NCBI RefSeq assembly: GCF_004010195.1
Contig: NC_057757.1
Span: 1,654,939 to 1,703,781, forward strand
Direction of reading: 5' to 3'
Length of the DNA: 48,843 bases
Source of the DNA: Chiloscyllium plagiosum
Taxonomy: Eukaryota
Numbering within the stretch: the stretch's first letter is position 1; each line of letters opens with the position of its first letter. The notes under the pieces are model-generated. The model worked only from the letters and a program-made list of their open reading frames with translations, was not told the DNA's origin and made no database searches. This document shows positions 23,682 to 34,680 of the stretch, in pieces. The position numbers and the translations under genes are program-made.

Positions 23682-24265
23682 AAAAATGTATCATACACAA
23701 CTAATGATGTGACTAGTGAGTTTTACATTCTCAAAGCTATTTCATAAACTGAGTAGCAATTAAGAGCCGAAGGCTTCATATAATGATGTTGCGAACGTAT
23801 GAAATATTTGACACACTTCGTCTTAATTGTTGACCATCTGGTTGCAACCATTCCAGTATCGATCCTATAAGCATTTGTTCTGCAATTAATGATCCTCGAA
23901 TTATTGATCTGGTCTGAATTAGTTCCTTATTTTCCCAGCGAGAAATGGATTGCTGCATAGTTCATTCAGCTCAGTGAAACTGTCAAATTAACTAGCATAG
24001 ATAGAGGGTGGCAGGAGGCAAAGCATCTCTAACGTTTCCATGTTGAGCACAATTTATTTAGTTCATTGCACATACGTACAGGATAGCTGTATAGGCACCT
24101 ATACGTGCACCATAAAGGGACCTTCAATTGTGTTTGGGGCTGATTACTGTGTTTCACCACACAATGTAATTACTGCAGGGTCATGCAGCTTAGAGAAAAC
24201 ATTTGAGAGATGTGAGAGATACATTGCCAAAGTCGCGATTTTGTTATCCACTAACTGTTCAACAG

Positions 24266-24649
24266 TTGATTGCTCTACGTGTGTCGAAGACAATTTCAAG
24301 GACTACTTTACATCTGCAAATACACCTTTGAGTTGGATCTCTGTATTAAGAGCTGAAAATGTGCTGCTGGAAAAGCGCAGCAGGTCAGGCAGCATCCAGG
24401 GAACAGGAGAATCGACGTTTCGGGCATAAGCCCTTCTTCCTGAAGAAGGGCTTATGCCCGAAACGTCGATTCTCCTGTTCCCTGGATGCTGCCTGACCTA
24501 CTGCGCTTTTCCAGCAACACATTTTCAGCTCTGATCTCCAGCATCTGCAGACCTCACTTTCTCCTCTCTGTATTAAGATGTCACCATGACCAGAACATAC
24601 AGCGCTGATACAGGAAATATGAGCTTACAGCAATAGGCCCCAAATGTTT
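24266..24649 (+). pseudogene. Mucin copy 2: second EGF-like exon split by a fold-back Penelope insertion
   Basis: VDCSTCVEDNFKDYFTSANTPLSWISVLR, insertion, CHHDQNIQR*YRKYELTAIGPKC; CACTAAC branch point; |gtaaga donor; TGA at 24606-24608. Confidence 0.78.
24352..24564. mobile_element. Non-autonomous fold-back Penelope derivative with 14-bp TSD; hammerhead motif at 24437-24471 (+)
   Basis: Near-perfect inverted arms of about 90 bp centred near 24440; TSD TCTCTGTATTAAGA at 24338-24351 and 24565-24578. Confidence 0.88.
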
Positions 24650-25122
24650 GTAAGATTCGACTGATATTCTTGTGTTTCAGTCATAGTGGTTAACACGGTG
24701 AGGTCTACAGCTGCTGAAGCTGCAGAATTATCTTGCGGTTTCCATATTAAGGATTAATCTCCTGTAACCAAACCAGCGATAAAACTCACTTTGAAATTAC
24801 AAAGAGCTGTGCGCTTTCTGTTAGTTTTATTGGACGCTAATAACTAACAACACTATTATTACTAGTTTTAAGAATACTGGGATACAGAAAAATTGCTGGT
24901 TGGGTGGGGAGGTTGGATATTATGTAATGAAACTTCTCAGACTATGTCCAGTTAAGTTGGCAAACTCTCTAAGGACCAATCCTTTATGGTGGGAGCACAG
25001 GTAACAGTATTAATCAGTACCCTAGCCAAGGAGTGGGACCTGTAGTTTCATTATGCAATGCTGTGAACGATCGATCTGTGTTTGGTAATTACTTTGCATG
25101 ATGTGTCTGACTAATTTTTTTT

Positions 25123-25447
25123 TAGATTAGATTAGATTACTTACAGTGTGGAAACAGGCCCTTCGGCCCAACAAATCCACACCGACCCACTGAAGTGCAA
25201 CCCCCCAGACCCATTCCCCTACATTTACCCCTACACCTAACACTACGGGCAATTTAGCATGGCCAATTCACCTGACCTGCTCATCTTTGGACTGTGGGAG
25301 GAAACCGGAGCACCCAGAGGAAACCCACGCAGACACGGGGAGAAAGTGCAAACTCCACACAGTCAGTCGCCTGAGTCGGGAATTGAACCCGGGTCTCTGG
25401 CGCTGTGAGGCAGCAGTGCTAACCACTGTGCCACCCCCGTGCCGCCC
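25123..25447 (-). mobile_element. HE1-like V-SINE, full length
   Basis: Same head, V-domain and tail as the other copies. Confidence 0.9.
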
Positions 25448-26830
25448 ATGTTGACTTTCTTGAAAAAAAAACTGAAATTTAGTTAGGTCACAGCAGAATT
25501 GTCACCTCTCTTCCAAAGATTGGATCTCAGATAGACTGGTGGAATGAAAGACTTTAATTTTTGACAATTAATTCATGATACATGGGTGTCACTAGTTAGA
25601 CCAGTATTTATTGTTCAGAGGGCAGTTAACAGACAGCCACTTTGCTGTGGGTCTGGAACCATAGTAGGCCAGACCAGATAAGGATGGCAGATTTCCTTCC
25701 CTAAAAAGCATTAATGAACCATTAATTTAATAATAATAATCATCAACAATGTCAACAAGAGTACCATCAGGATCGCTTTTTATTGAATTCAGATTTCACC
25801 ATCTACTGCAATGGGTTTTGATCCTTTGCTCACAGAACATCAGGTGCTAATTCAGTGACATTACCAGTGTGTCATCATCTCCTAACTGAAGTTCACTATA
25901 AAGGTCAAAGACTTCTTATCCTCCTCTCCTACTCTGTTTGAAGCATTTACTGCCCATCCCCATTCTCCCTGCAAAGATGGTAGTACAAATAATGGGCTTG
26001 CAAGGCCTCAGCAGAGTCACTGCCAACCACACTGAATGAAACTGACATGAAACTGGAACCTTGTATAGGTGGTGTAAATTCAGCATTCAGTACAATTGAT
26101 TTTAAATTGGCAATTCCACTTACACATATCAAGGTGGTTGATGCATGAAGTGGAGACATGTCACACAAGCCTTATGGGTTGCTGTTTTGAGGTTGGAGAT
26201 TCTCAAAATTGATGAAACATTCCAGAACCAATTTTGCTGAGCACCTTGGCAACGCATCTGGCATAGTAGCGCTTGCTGAGACATTGCAGAAGGAACTTTA
26301 CTCTCTAACGAAACAAAGCAAGGTGTGTTAAATGAGACAGTGCAGAGAGAGGTTTACTCTGTAACTGAACAATGCTAGGAATATTCAATGGGGACTATAA
26401 TACCCAGTTTGTTCAATGAGACTTCCCACACCATTGTATGTTATCTCTTACCAGCCTCACGTGTGTCCAAGTGAACATCTCAAGGAACAGGCTCACCATG
26501 GGGATGGTGTGGGTACAGTGATAGTGTACCTTTGGAGACCCAGGCTTGAATTCCACTGGTTCCTAAGGAGCATGTGATAACATTGCTGAACAGTTTAAGT
26601 AGAAGATTTGGGAGGAGAAACGAGAAGGCTCATCATTAGCTCTCAGAGGATCAACAATAAATATTGGTGGATGTTCACTTATTTTTAAATTAACAGAAAG
26701 TATAATTAAGTATGATTCCAAATACATTGTCCAAGACTCCTCTGAGGACTGGACCCATAAAATGATATTCAGTATTACTCCAAGTCTGTACAATACACTA
26801 ATACAGGTTGAAATGTTTGTAATCCAGCAG

Positions 26831-26937
26831 GACGAAGACCCCAAATCAGATATTGAAATGGTGGGAGGAGGACAACTGGGAGTGGCGTGTATCCCAAGGT
26901 TTAACTCTCAGCAACCTTGCTACTGCAAATGTTCACG
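26831..26937 (+). pseudogene. Mucin cytoplasmic exon 1 (TKTPNQILKWWEEDNWEWRVSQGLTLSNLATANVH)
   Basis: cagcag| and G|gtaaga, open frame, phase 2 to 1, compatible with the TM exon. KWWEED resembles MUC17 KWQEED. Confidence 0.72.
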
Positions 26938-27490
26938 GTAAGATTCAATGCTTTTCAAGCTCTAATCTTTTGGGATGTTCCTTAAGTCAGAATGACATGA
27001 CCAGCGACTAAAGTGTGACAAGTTATCTCCAAACGATAGTGAAAGGAATTTATTTTAAACACAGCTTAATATTTTTGTTAGACAACCTAAGGTTAACAAA
27101 TGTTCTCTCCCCTCCCCAACGCCCCCAAATCCCCAACCTGATGAACTGAAAGAATGCAAGATTTCCAATGCTGAGAACCTACAGTACTTGGGGTTGCTTT
27201 GAGATGCAGAGGTATTGGTTGTTGGGCTTTGAGATGATGTGGGATATGGACAGTGAGGGAGCTGAGGTTTTCTGATACTGTGAGACACAGAAGAGCTGGG
27301 ATCTGGGACACTGTGGGAATTGGAATTGGGTGTTACAGGCGGTGTGAAGGCTGGTTTGCAGCATCTCACAGGGACCTCTGTCTGCAGAACACTGTCAGTG
27401 CTATGGACCAGAAGTAGATGTAGACTTTTCAATGCTGTGAAGATCAAAAGACTTTATAACAGTTGTGTTCAAATATTCATGTCTACCCAG

Positions 27491-27547
27491 ATACTCAGAA
27501 CTGAAGAGCCATTCGCCAGAACAGAGGACATGAACTCACCTTTCAGG
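27491..27547 (+). pseudogene. Probable mucin cytoplasmic exon 2 (disabled)
   Basis: cccag| and AGG|gtaaga at the expected position; stop in phase 1 and a length that does not bridge phase 1 to 0. Confidence 0.45.
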
Positions 27548-27649
27548 GTAAGACTTTATTAGTTAATCCATTTCTATTCCACGGCCCAGAATGGAAAAGA
27601 GCTGCACATTTGTCCGTTGTCCTATTAAGATAGTATCAACTGTGAACTT

Positions 27650-28020
27650 AAAAACTAGGAGCAGGAGAAGGCAATTCAGTCTCTCCTGTCTGCTCCACCA
27701 TCTAATACAATCATGGCTGATCTCACCCTGGCCTCAACTCCACTTTCCTGTCTGCTCCCCATAACCCTTCAAGCTAATTACAAATCTGTTTATCTCCTCC
27801 TTAAATTTATTCAATGCCCCAACATCCACCACACTCTGGGGTAGTGAATTCTATATATTAATGATCCTTTGAGGGAAGTAATTTATCATCATTGTTTGAA
27901 ACTGCTAAGTCTAAAACAAGTCACTTAGTCTAAAACTATGATCACTCATTCTAAATTGCCCCACAAGGGGAACCATCCACTTATAGCTACCTTTTCAATC
28001 CTCATTAGCAGCTTACAGAC
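27650..28020 (-). mobile_element. Old CR1 3' fragment
   Basis: Reverse complement resembles the CR1 3' UTR at 350-450 (ATCAGCCATGAT, TGCTCCTAG). Confidence 0.6.
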
Positions 28021-28329
28021 TCGATATGACCTGGGAGGCTGCTACCCAGTGGTAGGTGGGTGTGAGCGTGTTTTGGGGGTGTAACGATCAGTCTGCTTGG
28101 AAGTTGACCAAACCCGTTAATGAGAGGAGTGCCTGACTCAACTCTGATTTGGGAGTGAGGGTTGGGGAATTAATGGGAACCAAGCTGTAGACTACAGCAG
28201 TCCGAACTTTTAATGCAGGATAATGGGGTGGATATGCCTGTTTTTCTCAGCCCCACATGCAGTGGGCTGTAACCTTCTGCTCATTTTAGAGGTGTTTAAT
28301 CAAATACGTTAAGAAGATAAAACTCAGAG

Positions 28330-28580
28330 CAGGATAGACAATTTGGTTCATCAAACCTGCTCCACCAATCAACATGGTCATTTCACACCCACTCTCAGTA
28401 TACATTGAGAGAGAAATATCTGTCAATCCCAGCCTTAAATATATTCAACGATGGAGCGACCTCAACCCTCTGGGGTAGAGAATTCCAAAGATAGACTTCC
28501 CTTTCAGTGAAGACATTTCTCTTCATCCCAGTCTGGGTCTCCAACTTTCCTGACATAAGGTGGCCAGAAGTGGACACTAT
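28330..28580 (-). mobile_element. Old CR1 3' fragment
   Basis: RNVFTEREVYLWNSLP..LNIFKAGID. Confidence 0.65.
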
Positions 28581-28718
28581 TGCTCCAGATGCATAGCTTT
28601 AAACCAGGGAAGCATCATTCCCTCCCCTTTGTCATTGCGCTGCGTTGACATAATCAATTGCCAGACATTAAAAAGGCTGTTTTTATATTCAATTCAATAT
28701 TCTGTTTTTATTCTTCAG

Positions 28719-28763
28719 ATCAAAATGGTGAGGCTGCAGATGACGGAAGCATACACTGTTTAA
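28719..28763 (+). pseudogene. Mucin terminal coding exon (IKMVRLQMTEAYTV*)
   Basis: Strong polypyrimidine tract plus cag|, phase 0. Resembles the MUC17 C-terminus IRIQRPQVMTTSF* and ends in a hydrophobic residue. Confidence 0.65.
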
Positions 28764-29209
28764 GTTCTCCTGGTCTGATTAACACCTCACCTTCTCCACT
28801 CCAGAAACCATGCATCAGACTGACAAACAGAACTGGTCTGCAACGATCTGATTACGACATCATGTGGAACCATTTTTTTTCTTTCCTTGATTTAGTTCCA
28901 TTAAAAGATCACAGTTAATTATTTGTTATATTTGGTTTTGATCTTAAGGCCAGGAAGCTTGCATGAAAATCAGTGGGGGTCAATTACCGTGTGTGTCCCA
29001 TAGGATATCAAATTAACTTGTCAAGGGTGAAGGGAAGGGACATTCCTGCAATGGAATACCTGATGGTAATTAGGTGTGGGGTTTCAGGCTGGTTCCTTCC
29101 CTTATCCCTGGTGCTGAATCCACCTTTGGTATCCCTCATGCTGAGCTGAACCCAGGTTGGCACCTTCCTGTGCTGTGGGGATGCAGCAGTAGGACACAGC
29201 TTCCAAATA

Positions 29210-31680
29210 TCAATGATTCGGAGATGCCGGTGTTGGACTGGGGTGTACAAAGTTAAAAATCACACAACACCAAGTTATAGTCCAACAGGTTTAATTGGAA
29301 GCACACTAGCTTTCGGAGAATCACTCCTTCATCAGGTGGTAGTGGAGGGCTCAATCCTAACACACAGAATTTACAGCAAAAATTTACAGTGTGATGTAAC
29401 TGAAATTATACATTGAAAAATTGATTGTCTGTTAAGCCTTTCATCTGTTAGAATACCGTGCTAGTTTCANNNNNNNNNNNNNNNNNNNNNNNNNNNNNNN
29501 NNNNNNNNNNNNNNNNNNNNNNNNNNNNNNNNNNNNNNNNNNNNNNNNNNNNNNNNNNNNNNNNNNNNNNNNNNNNNNNNNNNNNNNNNNNNNNNNNNNN
29601 NNNNNNNNNNNNNNNNNNNNNNNNNNNNNNNNNNNNNNNNNNNNNNNNNNNNNNNNNNNNNNNNNNNNNNNNNNNNNNNNNNNNNNNNNNNNNNNNNNNN
29701 NNNNNNNNNNNNNNNNNNNNNNNNNNNNNNNNNNNNNNNNNNNNNNNNNNNNNNNNNNNNNNNNNNNNNNNNNNNNNNNNNNNNNNNNNNNNNNNNNNNN
29801 NNNNNNNNNNNNNNNNNNNNNNNNNNNNNNNNNNNNNNNNNNNNNNNNNNNNNNNNNNNNNNNNNNNNNNNNNNNNNNNNNNNNNNNNNNNNNNNNNNNN
29901 NNNNNNNNNNNNNNNNNNNNNNNNNNNNNNNNNNNNNNNNNNNNNNNNNNNNNNNNNNNNNNNNNNNNNNNNNNNNNNNNNNNNNNNNNNNNNNNNNNNN
30001 NNNNNNNNNNNNNNNNNNNNNNNNNNNNNNNNNNNNNNNNNNNNNNNNNNNNNNNNNNNNNNNNNNNTTGCAGCGCCTACTGTGACAGGGTTGTATGGAG
30101 TTGTCCTGAGAGCCGGGCAGCTTGCTACGAACAATGATCTGTTTGAGGTTTGGCAGTTGTTTAAAGGCAAGTAGTGGAGGTGTGGGGAAGGTCTTGGTGA
30201 GGTGCTCATCCTCATTGATAATGTGTTTCAGGGCACAAAGAACATGGCGTAAGTTTTCAGCTCCTGGGAAATACTGAACAACGAAGGGTACCCTGTCGGT
30301 TGCAGCACGTGTCTGTCTCCTGAGGAGGTCATTACGGTTCCTTGCTGTGGCACGTCGGAACTGGCAGTCGATGCGTTGGGCATCGTACCCCATTCTTGTG
30401 AGGGCATCCCTGAGTACTTCCAGGTGTCCGTCACGTTCCTCCTCATCTGAGCAGATCCGGTGTACGCGTAGGGCTTGTCCATAGGGGACGGCTGTTTTAA
30501 TACACTTTGGGTGGAAACTGGAGAAGTGTAGCATTGTGAGGTTGTCTGTGGGTTTACGGGTAGAGTGAGGTGCTGAGGTGTCCATCCTTGATGGAGACGC
30601 ATATGTCCAAGAATGAGACAGATAGTCGAGAGTAGTCCATGGTGAGTTTGATGGTGGGATGAAACTTGTTGATGTCACTGTGTAGTTTTATCAGTGACTC
30701 CTCACCATGGGTCCAGAGGAAGAAAATGTCGTCAATGTACCTGGTGTATAATGTTGGTTGGAGATCCTGCATAGAGAAGAAATCTTGTTTGAACCTGTGC
30801 ATAAAAATGTTGGCATATTGGGGTGCAAATTTCGTCCCCATGGCTGTGTCTGGATGAAGAACTGGTTGTCAAAGATGAAGACGTTGTGGTCAAGAATAAA
30901 GTGGAAGAGTTGTAAGATGGTGTTTGGAGATTGGCAGTTGTTGGTGTTGAGTACTGAGGCTGTTGCCGCGATGCCATCATTGTGGGGGATGCTGGTGTAG
31001 AGTGCGGAAACGTCCATTGTGACGAGGAATGTTCCCGGTTCGACTGGTGCTGGAGTGGGTGCTGAGTTTCTGTAAGAAATCCGTAGTGTCGCGACAGAAG
31101 CTGGAGATCTGTGTTCTTTGGTCGGATCAGCTGGTAGTTGCCTGTAGTGTTCCTGGTTGTTCAGTTGTCGGTACACTTCCTTGGAGTAATCTGTTCTATT
31201 CTGAATGACAATGGCTCCTCCTTTATCTGCTGGTTTGATGACAATGTTGTGATTGGTTTTAAGAGCCTGGGTGGCATTGTGTTGTGAACGGATGATGTTT
31301 TGCTCCACCTTGTGGGTACGGCTGATGAATCTGGCATTTATATATTTCCTGACAGTTTGAGCATCCACGTCAAGCCCAGGGCAGCGGCCCTCCGGTGGGG
31401 TCTATGTTGACACCTTCTTTGGTCGTTCCTCTACAGATCCCTGTGATGACTGTTCCAGTTCATCAGTGTACCGACAACTGAACAACCAGGAACACTACAG
31501 GCAACTACCAGCTGAAGCGACCAAAGGACACACCCGAGAATTAAACACACTGATCAGAACTTTGGATCCAGTCCTTCAGAGTTCCCTACGCACCCTCATC
31601 CCACGTACTTCTCATGTAGGCGACTTCTACTGCCTTCCAAAGGTACACAAAGCCAACACACCAGGACGCCCTCATCAGCC
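29210..31680 (-). mobile_element. Penelope-like element of a second family (contains an N-gap), with an inverted segment at 31465-31675
   Basis: IVIKPADKGGAIV, TMDVSALYTSIPH, MGTKFAPQYANIFM, RYIDDIF, SFLD, PYGQALR; terminus at 29210-29469. Confidence 0.9.
29304..29338 (-). ncRNA. Minimal hammerhead ribozyme motif (second Penelope family)
   Basis: Minus strand CAC-CTGATGA-A-GGAG TGATT CTCC-GAAA-GCTA-GTG: helix I CAC/GTG, helix II GGAG/CTCC, palindromic AGCT helix III, CUA triplet. Confidence 0.72.
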
Positions 31681-32429
31681 TTAGTTACCTAATCTTCCTG
31701 CGCTTGCTCAAAGTTTGATTTATTTTATTCAAATGGACCTTAGAAGGACATGAAGAATCATTCATCAAGCCATATAACAAGACATGAGTAACATTCCAAT
31801 CAGACTATAGTAAAATACAGCTTTTGGAATTCAGTGTAACTTTGATGTGTAGTGCTTGATAATTAAGAACGACTTAAGGATTGTGCCAAATCAAAAGGTT
31901 TCCAGTGGAAAATAAAGACAAAACAAAACAGTGGAAGAAGGAAGATGTTAAGAGATGAAGTTAAATAGAAACTGCCAGAGCAACATTCCAGGCTAGGTCA
32001 CATGAATATAACATCAGGTGGTCTTTTACTTGGCGTTTGTTAAGGGATGAAAGTTGGTCAAAGTTGCTTTGTTCCACAGTCTTTGAACTTCCAACTGAAT
32101 CAACAGAATTAATGTATGCTTTGAGCATTCAGTCAAAAGTGACTGACATTATGGCAGCTGGTAGCCTGGAGAACAAACGTTTGTTAAGTGGGGCAAGAGA
32201 TACTGTTACAAGGCTATGGACTGTTTTTGTTAAGACAGACCTGAATATCAGACAATGGCTTGGCATTGTTGGTATTGGAGGACGTAGTAGTGAAAAGACA
32301 GGTGCATGATCCAAGTTAAATCAGAAACGCTAATAGATAAACAAAAATCTTACCCTCATGAACCACCATACACGTATCTCAGCTATAACACTTCAATGAG
32401 GAAAGGTCAAAGGGAATGGACCGATGCGC

Positions 32430-32800
32430 TCTGGGAACTAGAAGATTGAGAGGTGACATAATTGAAACATAGAATATTCTGAGAATGCTTGGAAGGATAG
32501 ATGCTGAGAACTTGTTTCCCCCATAGCTGGAAAGTTTGAAGTTCTAGGGTATGGTCCCAGGAAAACATGTTGCCATTCTACACTGAGAAGAAATTTCTAT
32601 TCGGAGGACTTAGGATTTGTTAGCCCGAGAACAGTGTGGATTCTTAGACATTGAATATGTTTGAGACTAAGATGAATACATTTTTGGGCTTGAAGGAAAT
32701 AAAGGGGCTAGTAAGGAAAATGGATTTGAGACTAAAACACAACGCTAACAGTAAAGCAAATTTATGGTCCCATATGGCCTCTTCCTCTTTGTATCTCATG
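32430..32800 (+). mobile_element. Old CR1 3' fragment
   Basis: RRLRGDIIET..IL-like sequence and a CR1-type 3' UTR. Confidence 0.55.
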
Positions 32801-33699
32801 TACTTAAACATCACACCTCTATTTTATACAGAGATGTGATTGGAGATGAGATAATTGCAGTCATTGAGATGAGAGAGAGATCAATGTTCTCCTGATAAAA
32901 AAAATTATTGACGTAGAATGTATAATCTTTATGGCTTTGAACTGAAACTTGAAGATGCACCAATATTTACCATTGTCATTTCTCAAGTTTCAGCAACATA
33001 AACAAAGTGGACTTTGACTGAAATAAATTCACAAGGAGTGCAATAATAATAAATTATTTATATGTTCACACGGAATAGTTAGGAAATTTCATATTTTCAG
33101 CCTCTTCTGTAACTTGTTGGATCTGATGCAAACTGTATTACACACGTTTCTTCACAGATTTCTTCAAAAGTGGTGGAAAAGCCATTGCCAGGTACAATGT
33201 TCCACAGCTCCAAGATGGCACTGGACCCTCATTAGGACAGAATCTGGTTCAGGGACAGCAAACTCACCTTAATAATCACAAACCCCAGTCGATTGATATT
33301 AAACTAAAGTAACATTTGCACTTTCAAATGATTACAAGTAATAACACTGGAGGGGAGGTGGTAGTGAAGTAGTATTGTTGTTGGGCTATTAATCCAGAGA
33401 CCCAGGTAATTCCCAGGATTTATGTTCTAAGACCATCACAGCAGATGATAGCACTTGCATTCAGTTAAAAGAAGAAAATCTATAATTAAAATTAATGATG
33501 ACCATAAACTCACTGTCAATTTTGTAAAAACCCACCAAGATCACTAATGCTGTTAAGGAAGGAAATCTGCTGTCCAAATCCACAGCAAAGTGTTGACTGA
33601 AGTGGCCTATCAAGCTACTGAACTGTATCAAATTATTCCTGAGCCTTAAAAAGGGAATGAGACTGGAAATACCAACTGGCATTGATTAAGTCAATGGAA

Positions 33700-34680
33700 G
33701 AAACAACAGCATATTCAGCTTTGACAACAGAAGACATAGCATTGAGATCATATAGGAACTCATCATACATGTATCATATCCTGAACTTAAATGGTGCATT
33801 CAAAATATATTACATACCATTTATCAGCACAAGCCTGAATCGTGTCCAAATCTTTTCCATTTGGTCCTGGAGTGCTTCAATATCTGAGGAGTCGCAAAAG
33901 GTACTACACATTGCGTAATCGTCAGTGTACATCCCCACTTCTGACCTGATGACAGAAGAAAGGTCATTGATGAAGCAACTGTAGACGGTTGGGCCTGGGA
34001 CAGTATCTTATTGTAAATCTCCTCTTAAGGTCCCCAGCAGCACAGATACCAATCTTCAGCCAACTTACTTCACTCCACATACTATCAAGGAACAGCTGGA
34101 GTGCTATAAGCCCTTAGCAATAGCACTGAATACTTGTGCTCCAGAACTGGCTACTCAGCTGGCCAAGCTGTTCCAGTGCACCTACAAACGTTGTCAACCT
34201 GCCAATGAGGAAAATTGCTCAGGTATGACTGAATCCATGAGGAAAGGACAAACCAAACCTCAAACGCAAGGGCTCACCATCAGTGGTATCAGGTACCACT
34301 TTCAATGGAATAACCTGCCCACAGGTACTCAGTTTGGATTCTGCCAGGACCATTCAGCTCCTGGCATTTTTACAGGCTTTGGACCAAAAATGGACAAGGG
34401 AACCGAAAATTTTACGGGTAAGGCGAGAGTGATAGCCATTGACATCAAGGCAGCATTTGACTGATTATGGCATTAAGGAGCCTGAGCAAAACTGGATTAA
34501 TGGATATCAGGGGGAAACCTCTCCACTGGTTGGAACCATAAAAATAGCCTGAAGTGCAACCTCATAGCAACACCACCATTACCAAGTTCTTCTCCATATC
34601 TGACATGCAAATATATTGCCGATCTTTGTCATCATTGCACTCAGATTCTGAAATTACCTATTGACCACCATTGCAGAGAC
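33700..34680. mobile_element. Old LINE fragments including an RT segment
   Basis: QFGF..HSA and RVIAIDIKAAFD RT motifs on +; 33850-34010 resembles 18100-18200. Confidence 0.6.

Noticed and set aside
33158..33312. Possible + strand terminal exon (DFFKSGGKAIAR..) or 36-nt minus-strand exon
   Set aside because: No recognisable homology or partner exons; splice-like motifs are compatible with chance.
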